From the IMG/VR virus record IMGVR_UViG_3300010220_000007, positions 1-26,177 of that record: 26,177 nucleotides of DNA; one strand, given 5' to 3'. The notes beneath the pieces were generated by a model. It did no database searches and was not told where the DNA came from. It was given only the letters and a program-made list of their open reading frames with translations. This document shows positions 16,477-24,878 of this stretch, piece by piece. Within the stretch, counting starts at the first letter, position 1; every line of letters begins with the position of its first letter. This stretch comes from a virus. Taxonomy: Duplodnaviria > Caudoviricetes. A program made the position numbers and the translations under genes.

Positions 16477-16820
16477 TTTTTTTCCTGTTCCAGCAGCAGG
16501 CCCTTGGAGACGTAGGTCAGCTGGAAAGCCTCGAAGATCGGCCAGACGTCGAGCAGCGCGTCGATGGCCTCGGGGCTCGGCTCGATAGGGTTGCCGTCGG
16601 CATCGCCGATGCCCTCCCAGCCGAGCACCGCGCGGCGGGCAAGCGCCTTGGCAAAGGCGACTGCGCGTTCCTCGTCCGAGGCGTCCTCGGGCACCGCCTC
16701 GACGGCCGGATCGCTGCGCGTCGCCACCATCAGCGCGGTGGTCAGCGGGCGCAGCTGCACCCGGACGCCGGGCGCGAGGTCATGCCAGCGCGGCGCGTTG
16801 GTCAGGTCGAGCGTCAGCAT
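16383..16820 (-). CDS. Tail assembly chaperone (gpG-like), 145 aa
   Basis: ATG at 16820, 2 nt after the tube stop: MLTLDLTNAPRWHDL...AVLGWEGIGDADG...LLEQEKNA. Located between tail tube and tape measure. Confidence 0.85.
   Translation of the reverse strand: MLTLDLTNAPRWHDLAPGVRVQLRPLTTALMVATRSDPAVEAVPEDASDEERAVAFAKALARRAVLGWEGIGDADGNPIEPSPEAIDALLDVWPIFEAFQLTYVSKGLLLEQEKNASALSPNGPSAGASDTAKPARKPAKTARRG
16476..16482 (-). promoter_or_regulatory. -1 programmed ribosomal frameshift heptamer A AAA AAC
   Basis: Minus strand reads CAG GAA AAA AAC GCC (Q-E-K-N-A), an X XXY YYZ heptamer in the correct phase at the canonical G/GT position. Confidence 0.82.
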
Positions 16821-16822
16821 CC

Positions 16823-17764
16823 TCAATACACCTCGATGTCGTTGATCAGGGTTGCGGTGCACATCCGGCCGACCACACTGTCGCGCGCCGCCTGCCAGTC
16901 GAAGGTGGCCTGGACGCCTTGCGGCCCGGAAATCTCGATCCGCGGGCGCGGCAGGTAGACGGCGTGCACGGTGAAGGTGAAGCTCTCGCCCGAGGGCAGG
17001 ACGTAGGCGAATTCCATCTCGCAGGCCTCGCCGCCCACCGCCTGCGTCACCAGCGTCTGGTCGGCGAAGCGGACCTCGATCCGGCCGGTCAGCGCGGCGA
17101 TGGACGGGTCCGCCCCGTCGATGCGGCCGTCCGAGCGGATGGTCTCGATCCGGTCGAGGTTGTTGGCATAGGTGATCTCGGCCGAGACCACATTGCCGAG
17201 GGCGGTGCCGTTGCGCGTGATCGCCCCGTTGAAATGGCCGAAGCGCTTCAGCTCCAGCGCCGCCGGTGTTCCGGCGCTGGTCGTCGTGCCCACCGTCTCG
17301 CCCTGCGCCACCAGCCGCGCCGTCGCGGTCAGCAGGCCCGAGCGCTGCATCTGCCAGGTGATCTGGTCGAGCACGCAGCCCGAGTACATCGCGTACCGCG
17401 GAACCTCTGGCATGCCGGTCTCGATCGACATACTGGGCAGCGTCCAGGACCCCGACTGGAACTCGTGGGTGTAGGGCGCTTCCGCGCCCGTGGTCGTCGG
17501 CGCGCCGAAGGCCGCCTTCAGCCAGAAGCCGAACGCCTCGGCGTCGAGCGGCACGACGACATCGCCGTCGGCCGTCAGCGCGTCCTTGATCGGCGCCAGC
17601 GGATCGCGGCCGTAGCCGAGAAGCTCCGAGTTCAGAAGCGGCTGCTCCGCGCCGAGCGAGGTGCTGGCAAAGGGCATGCGGGTGAAGCCGCTCGCGGGCG
17701 GTGTTCCATAGGTCATCTCGAACGCAAGCGCCATCAGCGCCCGCGCCCCCTGGGCTCGTGCCAT
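16823..17764 (-). CDS. Phage tail tube (major tail) protein, 313 aa
   Basis: Beta-rich protein (LPSMSIETGMPEV, YANNLDRIETIRSDG). AGGAGA RBS upstream. Located between terminator and chaperone. Confidence 0.85.
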   Translation of the reverse strand: MARAQGARALMALAFEMTYGTPPASGFTRMPFASTSLGAEQPLLNSELLGYGRDPLAPIKDALTADGDVVVPLDAEAFGFWLKAAFGAPTTTGAEAPYTHEFQSGSWTLPSMSIETGMPEVPRYAMYSGCVLDQITWQMQRSGLLTATARLVAQGETVGTTTSAGTPAALELKRFGHFNGAITRNGTALGNVVSAEITYANNLDRIETIRSDGRIDGADPSIAALTGRIEVRFADQTLVTQAVGGEACEMEFAYVLPSGESFTFTVHAVYLPRPRIEISGPQGVQATFDWQAARDSVVGRMCTATLINDIEVY

Positions 17765-17788
17765 GTTCGTCTCCTGTGGTCGGTTGGA

Positions 17789-18208
17789 TCAGGCCAGCTG
17801 GTCGGCCGTGGAATAGTGCAGCACGACCGGGATTAAGGCGGCCTTCAGGCTCGCCGCGCCCTCGACCGGCAGATCGACCGGGCGCGGGGCTTCGGCCTCG
17901 ACCCAGTCGCAAAGCCCGCCAAGAGTCCTGTCGGCGGCGAGCGCTGCGCCGATGCTGGCGGTCAGCGTGTCGAAGGCGGCGTCACGGTCCGCGCCTTGGA
18001 CCACCGCCTCGATCTCGGCGCGGTGCTGGTAGTGGTAGCGCAGGGGCGACAGCGTGACGTCCGGCTCCCCCGGCTCGCCATCGCGCAGGATCAGCAGGCC
18101 CTCGGTCGGCACGCGCTCGGGCAGGACGTCGCCGCGGAGCGCACTCGCGGGCAGCGCCAAGAGCCGCGCGTGCAGCGCGGTGAGGATGGTTTCGCGTGGG
18201 GTGGGCAT
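17789..18208 (-). CDS. Putative tail terminator/completion protein, 139 aa
   Basis: Likely start MPTPRETIL at 18208. Contains LAADRTLGGLCDW and lies immediately upstream of the tail tube. Confidence 0.7.
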   Translation of the reverse strand: MPTPRETILTALHARLLALPASALRGDVLPERVPTEGLLILRDGEPGEPDVTLSPLRYHYQHRAEIEAVVQGADRDAAFDTLTASIGAALAADRTLGGLCDWVEAEAPRPVDLPVEGAASLKAALIPVVLHYSTADQLA

Positions 18209-18282
18209 GGCATATTTCTCGAGGCAGCGATTTCGGCGCCATCTCCGTACAAAGGGGCGCAAGCGATGGCACAGGCGCAGGA

Positions 18283-18891
18283 TTATGGACTTTCGACGGG
18301 TTCGGGAAAATCCGTGGCGGAGCATCGGATGCCGTCAGTACGCGTATAGAGCATGCTCCCCTCCACATCCGCGAGGATGTCGCCATCCACCTCGAACTCG
18401 GGGAACTGACGCAGGAACGGCGTTGCACCGCAGTCCGGTACGGCGCATTCCGGCCGCGACTTCGGGCAACGATTGAAGTGACAGAGCCGGCCGAGATAGG
18501 CGTCGCTGCCCGGCTCGAACAGGAACACGTCGACCTGATGGTCTGCCACGCCGAAATCCCGTTGACGTTCGTGCTCGGCCCTCAGCGCTGCCACCTTCGC
18601 GCGCCTCAACTCGCCGAGGACGGTCAGGTCGTCGAGCCACAGAGCGAGGTCGAGATCCTTGCACTCGTGCCAGAGCGGAATACCGCGGCGACGATACGGG
18701 GCGAAACGCGGCACCTCCTTCCACAGGGGCTTGGCAACCGATCCGATGACCGCGATCGCGACAACCTGCGGGAAGCTGGACCAGGCATTCGTGATTATGT
18801 CCGCCGCACGCCGGAAGTGCCGTTGCGTCAGCAACAGATGGGCGTTGTCCTGTTTCAGTCGGTCGGTTGATGGCATTGCATAGCTCGGCAT
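18283..18891 (-). CDS. Inserted cargo gene: putative Pol-beta-superfamily nucleotidyltransferase-like protein with a Cys cluster
   Basis: IAVIGSVA...KDLDLALW...QVDVFLF resembles the GS, DxD and third-Asp motifs. C-terminal C-x4-C-x6-C-x4-C. Flanked by 60-75 nt spacers, unlike its tightly packed neighbours. Start is 18891 or 18876. Confidence 0.6.
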   Translation of the reverse strand: MPSYAMPSTDRLKQDNAHLLLTQRHFRRAADIITNAWSSFPQVVAIAVIGSVAKPLWKEVPRFAPYRRRGIPLWHECKDLDLALWLDDLTVLGELRRAKVAALRAEHERQRDFGVADHQVDVFLFEPGSDAYLGRLCHFNRCPKSRPECAVPDCGATPFLRQFPEFEVDGDILADVEGSMLYTRTDGIRCSATDFPEPVESP

Positions 18892-18951
18892 GGTTCGGCG
18901 CCCAGTCTGACTCTGTCCGGCTGCCGGCGCCAGCGGGTTGCCTTCAAGAGC

Positions 18952-19593
18952 TCATCGAAGGCGCGCCTCGGCCCAGTTCGCAACGATCAGCCCCGGCACG
19001 CTGTCCAACGCCCGGTCCGCGTCCCGCGCCAGGTCCAGCCGCTTCGGCAACTTCACCTGCGGCACCAGCAGGAAAATCGGCGCGGTGACTTTGCCGCGCC
19101 CGGTCTTCGAGCGCGACACGACCGCCTGGCCCTTCGTGTTCAGCCGCCCCTCCGCCACCAGCAGGCTCGGGCCGGTGCGGCGATAGACGAAGCGCAGGCG
19201 CAGGCCGCGACGGCGTTCCCACTCGCCGGGGGTGATCCGGCCGCCGCGCAGGGACTTGCCCGCCGCAGGCAGCGGGATCGCCAACCAGAACCCGTTCTTC
19301 GAGCGGATCAGCGGACCAGTGTCATGCGCTCCCACGATGACCGGGGCCTTCGACCAGACCAGCGCCGCCGCGTCCAGGCTCTCGCCCGACCTCGGGAAGT
19401 TCTGGCTCCGGATCGAATTGGCCAGCCGTGTGCCGAGCCCCGCGCCGGTGATCTGCAGCCGCCAGGCGGTCTTCAGCCCGGTCCCGGCCTTGCGCATGGC
19501 GGCGGTCACGGCGCGTTCGCCCGCTGCGACCTCGGCCGCCATCATCGCGACGATGTCGGGATCGATGTCGAGCTTCAGCTTCATGGCCGTCAC
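18952..19593 (-). CDS. Basic neck/tail-completion protein (DUF6441-like)
   Basis: Arg-rich protein after the head-tail joining gene (GFWLAIP, PIFLLVPQVKLPKRLDL). Position is equivalent to lambda gpZ. Start is 19593 (GTG) or 19584 (ATG). Confidence 0.7.
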   Translation of the reverse strand: MTAMKLKLDIDPDIVAMMAAEVAAGERAVTAAMRKAGTGLKTAWRLQITGAGLGTRLANSIRSQNFPRSGESLDAAALVWSKAPVIVGAHDTGPLIRSKNGFWLAIPLPAAGKSLRGGRITPGEWERRRGLRLRFVYRRTGPSLLVAEGRLNTKGQAVVSRSKTGRGKVTAPIFLLVPQVKLPKRLDLARDADRALDSVPGLIVANWAEARLR

Positions 19594-19901
19594 GCGGGCC
19601 TCAGATCGACGGTCCAGACCAGTCGCTCACCGTCGCGGACAGGCTCGCCCTGAATGAGGAGGGCGTCACCATCGATCTCGATGCGGTCGCCGGGGCGTGG
19701 GTTCGCCACCTCGGCCACACGCAGGTCGATTCGGGTGGTCTCGGACCAGAGCCGCGCGTCGCCGAAACGGGTCACGTCGTCCGGGCGACGCAGGATCCCG
19801 CGGACCAACGAGGGCATGCCGCCCTCGGCGGTGTAGACGACGTCCCGCGCGAGATGCGCGTCCGCGAAGAGCGCGTCGAGGGCGACGGCGAAGGCGGTCA
19901 T
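19590..19901 (-). CDS. Head-tail joining protein (gpFII-like), 103 aa
   Basis: ATG at 19901 overlaps the capsid stop (TGATG): MTAFAVALDALF...PRPGDRIEIDG...VWTVDLRPA. Confidence 0.78.
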   Translation of the reverse strand: MTAFAVALDALFADAHLARDVVYTAEGGMPSLVRGILRRPDDVTRFGDARLWSETTRIDLRVAEVANPRPGDRIEIDGDALLIQGEPVRDGERLVWTVDLRPA

Positions 19902-20914
19902 CAGGTCCGCCTTGCCGAGCGCAGAACCTGCGGCCGGGTGCAGATCGGCAGCGGGTTGCTCTCGATCTCGAGCCGCACCCATTCGTCGCGATCCCGGTCG
20001 GGGATCGTCCGGGCGTAGAGCGGCTGGCCGAGGGTGTTCACCGTCTCGAAGGTGTCGGCGGGGGCGTAGTAGATCTCGAATAGCCCCTCGATGCCTTCGG
20101 GATAGAAGAATGCCTTGTCGGTCGGCACCGTGAACCCGACGCCGCCCCGGTAGCGGCGGAAGGTGATCCCCCCGAAGCTGACCTCGTCGGCCACCCGGCC
20201 GCGCAGGTCGGCGGCGGCCGCAGTGTTGAGGTAGGTCTCCCGCACCTCCTTGTGGGCCACGAGATCGGCGAAGAAGGCCGACCCGCATTCCGCGCGGACC
20301 TGCACGGCGCCGGCCGAAAGCCCGCCCATCGAGTCCTCGACGCTCTCGATCAGCGCCTGGCAGCGCTTGCGGAGCGCGCCGGAGGCCGGGCTTGCGTTGT
20401 CGAGGTCGAAGTCGATCTCGGCCGCGGGCGAGATGCCGAACTCGGTGAAGTAGTTGACCACCGTGGCGTGGTCCTTCGGGTCCTTCACCAGCCCCTGGAT
20501 GCCGTTCAGGAGGTGGTACTCGAAGGTGGTCTCGGCGTCCTGGCGGAGCTTGCGCAGCCGATAGGCCACTTCGGTCTGGACTTGCTGGGTGGCGCTTTCC
20601 GAGCCGAAGTCGCGGACGGACTGGATTTCGGAGGCCCAGAGCACATCCTGCTTCTTGAACTGCCGGCAGACGAAAGCGCGCATCTCGCGCCGGTCAGGCA
20701 CTTGGCTCTCGTAGGCCGAGCCGCGCTCGGAGAACGGGATCAGCGACAGCGTGCCGTCGCGGCTCTCGATCACGACGGTGCGGGAGCGCACGCCGCGCGG
20801 GCTGAAGAGGTTCGAGCCCGAGAGCAGCGCGGGCTTGTAGGGGATGTTTTCGAGCGCGCGCGTGAGCTCGACGATGGTGAAGGCATCGCCCTCGAAGATG
20901 TCCATGGTGGCCAT
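19901..20914 (-). CDS. Major capsid protein (lambda gpE-like family), 337 aa
   Basis: Start MATMDIFEGDAF at 20914 with a GGAGG RBS. Contains YYAPADTFETVNTLG.P.YA and ESNPLPICTRP. Follows the decoration gene. Confidence 0.9.
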   Translation of the reverse strand: MATMDIFEGDAFTIVELTRALENIPYKPALLSGSNLFSPRGVRSRTVVIESRDGTLSLIPFSERGSAYESQVPDRREMRAFVCRQFKKQDVLWASEIQSVRDFGSESATQQVQTEVAYRLRKLRQDAETTFEYHLLNGIQGLVKDPKDHATVVNYFTEFGISPAAEIDFDLDNASPASGALRKRCQALIESVEDSMGGLSAGAVQVRAECGSAFFADLVAHKEVRETYLNTAAAADLRGRVADEVSFGGITFRRYRGGVGFTVPTDKAFFYPEGIEGLFEIYYAPADTFETVNTLGQPLYARTIPDRDRDEWVRLEIESNPLPICTRPQVLRSARRT

Positions 20915-20934
20915 TTGGATGCCTCCTGTCATGA

Positions 20935-20978
20935 GCGCGTCCAGGAAAAGTGGATTCTGGTTTTCCGTCCGGACGCGC
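20935..20978. repeat. Palindromic REP/RIME-like element of alphaproteobacterial type
   Basis: GCGCGTCC-A-GGAAAA-GTGGATTCTGG-TTTTCC-GTCC-GGACGCGC: nested inverted repeats (8 bp outer, 6 bp inner) in the decoration-capsid intergenic gap. Confidence 0.65.
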
Positions 20979-20996
20979 GGGAATTGGGGACTTGGA

Positions 20997-21362
20997 TCAG
21001 CGGACGAGGATGCCCGCGGCGAGGAGTGCGGTGTGGGCGGCCGCGATCTCGCCCTCGCTGGGCGTGCCGGCGAAGACGAGGTCGTGGCGGTTGACGATGG
21101 CAGGGCCGCGAATGAGCGCGACGGCCGGCGCGTCGCCGGCGCTCGCATCCGCCTTGCCCCAGAGCACGGCGACGGCGGTTTCGGTGCCGTCGACCGCGGC
21201 CGGATCGTGCGCGGCGTACTTGCCCGAGGCGATGATCTTGCCCAGCACGGTGCCGGGTTCGAGCGTACCGGCGGCGACGGTGATCGTCTCGCGGGTGTAG
21301 TCGCGGAAGGCTTCCCAGACGAGGAAGCCGCCCGGGTGTTTGCTTTCAGTGAGCGTGGTCAT
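20997..21362 (-). CDS. Head decoration protein (gpD-like), 121 aa
   Basis: TRETITV..G.L.PGTVLGKI...GKY......DG.ETAVAVL signature. Located between protease and capsid genes. Confidence 0.88.
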   Translation of the reverse strand: MTTLTESKHPGGFLVWEAFRDYTRETITVAAGTLEPGTVLGKIIASGKYAAHDPAAVDGTETAVAVLWGKADASAGDAPAVALIRGPAIVNRHDLVFAGTPSEGEIAAAHTALLAAGILVR

Positions 21363-21368
21363 GATGCG

Positions 21369-22466
21369 TCAGCCTTTCGTCTTGAAGGTTCGGGCGATCA
21401 CATCGCCCCAGGATTGGGTGATCGCCGCGCGCCCGGGCTGGGCGTGTGCGGCGGTGATGTCTGGTGTTGCCTCGGCTTTGGCCGCGAGGAGTCGTTTGCG
21501 CACATCGTCGAGACTGGCGTCCTCTTCCAGAAACCGGCCTGCCATCTGCGGCTGGCCGGCAAGGCGGCAGAGGTCGATCACGGCGCGCGCCTGCGCCATG
21601 GCCGCGGCGCGGATCGCGCAGGCATTCGGCACAGTGTCGTCAGCCGCATCTGTGCTCCGCAGGGGCGCGGCGGATGGGAGGGTGTTGGCGCCTGCAACAC
21701 CCTCGGGTTCGCCGGTCACCTGCGCGGGATTGCCGGCAGAGACAGTTGGATCAACGTTCCCGGCAGGAACCTTGCTCGCGGGATCATCACCGGGCGGTGG
21801 ATCGTCCCCCACGGCAACATCATCGTCACCCGCCTCGGTGTCGGTCCCGTCGGCGCCATCTGTCGGGCCCGAGACGGCTTCGACGAGTTCCGGCGGCGCA
21901 TTGCGGAACCGGCCAATGTCGAAACTGGCCGCAATCCGCACCGGCGCGACCATCCGCGTGGCCAGCCCCAGATCCAGCGCGTCCCCGGCATCGAACCAGG
22001 TCTCCGCCGCCATGAGCGCGGCGATCTCTTCCTCGGGCTTGCCGGATTTGGCCGCATAGCCGCGCATCATGCCGGCGGCGATCTTGTCGAGCGTCCCGGC
22101 CATCTCGCGCATGTCCGCTGCCGTGCCCATGACGATGCCGGAAGGATCGTGGATCATCAGGAAGGCGTTCTCGGGCATCACGATCGCATCGCCGGCCATG
22201 GCGATATAGCTCGCGGCCGAGGCCGCGATGCCATCGATCCAGACCGTGACCGTGCCCTCGTGCCGCTTCAGCGCGTTGTAAATGGCGACGGCGTCAAAGA
22301 CCGAGCCGCCGGGGCTGTTGAGCCGAAGATCGATGGGCGCGTCATCGGGCAGCGCGCCCAGTTCCGCCAGAAACCCCTTGGCACTGACGCCATGGGCGCC
22401 GATTTCGTCATAGATCAGCACTTCCGCCCCGGAGGCCCGGGCGCGGATCGTGTACCAGCTCTTCAT
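21369..22466 (-). CDS. ClpP-related head maturation protease with C-terminal scaffold-like region, 365 aa
   Basis: Start MKSWYTI at 22466 (GAGGAG RBS). Contains IYDEIG, LNSPGGSVFD, GIAASAAS (Ser), MIHDP (His) and ETWF, then an acidic linker and a helical tail. Confidence 0.92.
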   Translation of the reverse strand: MKSWYTIRARASGAEVLIYDEIGAHGVSAKGFLAELGALPDDAPIDLRLNSPGGSVFDAVAIYNALKRHEGTVTVWIDGIAASAASYIAMAGDAIVMPENAFLMIHDPSGIVMGTAADMREMAGTLDKIAAGMMRGYAAKSGKPEEEIAALMAAETWFDAGDALDLGLATRMVAPVRIAASFDIGRFRNAPPELVEAVSGPTDGADGTDTEAGDDDVAVGDDPPPGDDPASKVPAGNVDPTVSAGNPAQVTGEPEGVAGANTLPSAAPLRSTDAADDTVPNACAIRAAAMAQARAVIDLCRLAGQPQMAGRFLEEDASLDDVRKRLLAAKAEATPDITAAHAQPGRAAITQSWGDVIARTFKTKG

Positions 22467-22470
22467 GGTA

Positions 22471-23988
22471 TCACTCCTCACTTGTGGTCCCGCTGCGCGC
22501 GGTCGTGCGCTCGGTATCGTCTTCGGTACTGCCCGCATCGGGCCGTCGCGCCGGTGTGGCCCGCGCGCCTTGGGTCTCGCCGGGGCTGGTGCGGTAGTGC
22601 AGGCCAAGATCGGCCGCGCGGCGGGCATCGGCGGCGTTCTCGCGGTCGACTTCCTCGACATCGTAGCCCGTGCCCTCGACCACCTTGCGCCGCGAGGTAA
22701 TGCCGGCCTCCATGGCGAGGATTTGCGCCTGGATGTCCTTCAGAGGATCGACCCAATCCCAGCGCGGCGGGATCCATTGCACCGCGCGTGCGGCAACCGG
22801 ATCGGCAAGATCCAACCGGCCTGCCAGTTGCGCCATCTCCAGCCAACGCGCCCAGACCGGGCGGCAGAGCTGATGCGCGATCACGCCGTGCTGGAGTTGC
22901 TGCACGCGACGGCGGAATTCGACGAGTTCCGCGCGCAAGGACGAGTAATTGGCCTGCCTGACATCGCCGGTGACGAGGTGATAGGGCAGCCCCAGCGAGG
23001 CCGACACGGCCAGCAGCGTCCGGTACTGGAACGCCTCGTAGCCGCCACCCACATCCGCCGGGGCCGAGAACTTCACATCCTCTCCGGGTAGCAACACCTG
23101 CATGGTGCCGGGCTCGAGGCTGGCGATGGCGGCCCCGTCGAGGTCCGCCTCCGCCTCGCCCATCATCGGTTCTTCCGGCGCGGTCTTGGTGATGAAGCCC
23201 GCGAACATTGCCGCGGTCTTCTTCCGGTCGAGCTCGGCGTCATCGTATTGGTCGAGCAGGAACAGCCGCACCATGGCCGGCGCCACATGCGGCAGGCCCC
23301 TGATCTGGCCCGCGTCGATGGGTCGATAGATATGCAGCACATCCTCCGCCGGGACGCGCACGGTTTCCGGCACGGCCACGCGCTGGTCCGTGCTGTCGCC
23401 GGGATGGCGGCGGCGGAAGTGATAGGCCACGCGCCGCCCGATGGCATCGAACTCGATCCCGCAGCGGATGCGGTTGCCATTGGCCGCGGTCGCGGTCTTC
23501 TCGAAGGGCAGCATCTCGGATTGCAGCAACTGCAGCTGGAGCGGCACCAGCAGCCCGTCCTCGGCGCGTCTTGGGCGCATCCGCACGAAACACTCGCCCG
23601 CGACGAACATCTCGCGCGCGACCATGGCCTGAAGCCCGTAGAAATCGGTCAGCCCGTCAGCATCGGCATCATCGGTCCAGGCCAACCAAAGGCGCTGGAC
23701 CTGGTCACGCAGCGCCGCATCCGTGATGAGCGACGAGGGCTTGATCCCGTCGCCGACCAGGTTCGCCGCGAAAGCCTCGCAGGCGTTCGCTGCATAGCCG
23801 TTGGTGACCACCAGTTCCCGCGCGCGGGCCAGCAGGCGCGGCCCGCCCGAGGCGACCAGCGCGTTGATGTTCTCGAGCGGCGGGTTCCAGCCGCGCAGCC
23901 GACGCTTCGCCATGGCGCCCTCAAGGCGAGCGCGCATGGCCGAAGGGCCGCCGGGCTTGCGGCGGCGCAAGGCATCGAACAGGCCCAC
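22471..23988 (-). CDS. Phage portal protein, lambda family (505 aa)
   Basis: GIEFDAIGRRVAYH, GQIRGLP, TGDVRQANYSSLR and W.WVDPLKD. Confidence 0.94.
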   Translation of the reverse strand: MGLFDALRRRKPGGPSAMRARLEGAMAKRRLRGWNPPLENINALVASGGPRLLARARELVVTNGYAANACEAFAANLVGDGIKPSSLITDAALRDQVQRLWLAWTDDADADGLTDFYGLQAMVAREMFVAGECFVRMRPRRAEDGLLVPLQLQLLQSEMLPFEKTATAANGNRIRCGIEFDAIGRRVAYHFRRRHPGDSTDQRVAVPETVRVPAEDVLHIYRPIDAGQIRGLPHVAPAMVRLFLLDQYDDAELDRKKTAAMFAGFITKTAPEEPMMGEAEADLDGAAIASLEPGTMQVLLPGEDVKFSAPADVGGGYEAFQYRTLLAVSASLGLPYHLVTGDVRQANYSSLRAELVEFRRRVQQLQHGVIAHQLCRPVWARWLEMAQLAGRLDLADPVAARAVQWIPPRWDWVDPLKDIQAQILAMEAGITSRRKVVEGTGYDVEEVDRENAADARRAADLGLHYRTSPGETQGARATPARRPDAGSTEDDTERTTARSGTTSEE

Positions 23989-23991
23989 GGC

Positions 23992-24207
23992 TCAGAGCCC
24001 CTTGGTTGTCGTCACGCGCAGATGCCGTACGATCCGCCGCCCCTCCGCCGCGGCAATCTCGCGATCGAGCGCCTCGATGGCCCGGTCGATCTCGGCGAGG
24101 CTGCGGTAGTCCACGGTCTTACCGTCATAGCTGACCCGCGCCACGCCCGAGGACCGCTGCGCGGTCAGCGCGTCGCGGCGGGTGCGCAGTTCGGTAATTG
24201 TCGCCAT
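23992..24207 (-). CDS. Head-to-tail joining protein (gpW-like), 71 aa
   Basis: Helix-hairpin-helix layout (SGVARVSYDGKTVDYRSLAEIDRAI), directly upstream of the portal. Confidence 0.88.
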   Translation of the reverse strand: MATITELRTRRDALTAQRSSGVARVSYDGKTVDYRSLAEIDRAIEALDREIAAAEGRRIVRHLRVTTTKGL

Positions 24208-24254
24208 GCTGGCCTGCCTCTATGCTGTGCCCGAAACCTTCCGACCTGGCCGAC

Positions 24255-24869
24255 ATGACCGATCAGATTGCCCGTCTCCGCATCGAACTTGTCCATATCG
24301 AACCCGTCATATGGCGTCGGGTCGCCGTAGGCCTGACCACCAACCTGCGTGCCCTGCACGAGCTCATCCAGGCGGTCATGCCTTGGGAGAATGATCACCT
24401 CTACCAGTTCACCGTCGCCGGCCGGGTCTATGGCGAACCGGCGGACGATGACGAACTCTGGGGCCACAAGGTCTACCAGGCCAAGGGCATGCGCCTTGGC
24501 ACGCTGATCGACCGTGGTGTCATGGAGTTTCTCTACATTTATGATTTCGGGGACGACTGGCAGCACCGTGTCATCGTCGAGAACGTCGAACCGGCGGACC
24601 CCTCCCTCGACTATCCCGTCTTTCTCGGCGGCGAACGCGCCGCGCCGCCGGAGGACGTCGGCGGTCCGCCCGGCTTCATGGATTTCCTCGAGGCGATCTC
24701 GAAGCGTAGCCATCCTCAGCATAAGGACATGGTCCGCTGGCATGGTGGACCGTTTCACCCCACCGAATTCGGCGAGGCAGAGATCACGGAGCGGGTCCGC
24801 AAGTTCGCCGCGAAGCGCAAGACCGCCATCGAGGCATTCCAGCGCAGCCGCGCCAAGCGGCAGCACTGA
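24255..24869 (+). CDS. Plasmid pRiA4b ORF-3 family protein (204 aa), antisense insertion
   Basis: LRIEL..IEPVIWRR, LHELIQAVMPWENDHLYQF, YIYDFGDDWQH and GERAAPPEDVGG are family hallmarks. Likely ATG at 24255. Confidence 0.88.
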   Translation: MTDQIARLRIELVHIEPVIWRRVAVGLTTNLRALHELIQAVMPWENDHLYQFTVAGRVYGEPADDDELWGHKVYQAKGMRLGTLIDRGVMEFLYIYDFGDDWQHRVIVENVEPADPSLDYPVFLGGERAAPPEDVGGPPGFMDFLEAISKRSHPQHKDMVRWHGGPFHPTEFGEAEITERVRKFAAKRKTAIEAFQRSRAKRQH

Positions 24870-24878
24870 TGGTCATTG

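Noticed and set aside
16383-17912. 509-aa ORF as a single protein
   Set aside because: Its upstream part is an alternative frame over the tail tube gene. The credible protein starts at ATG 16820.
19590-24254. ORF-track upstream starts for head-tail joining (20288), capsid (21148), protease (22661) and pRiA4b gene (24198)
   Set aside because: They overlap neighbouring genes. Downstream ATGs at 19901, 20914, 22466 and 24255 fit RBS, coupling or family N-termini better.
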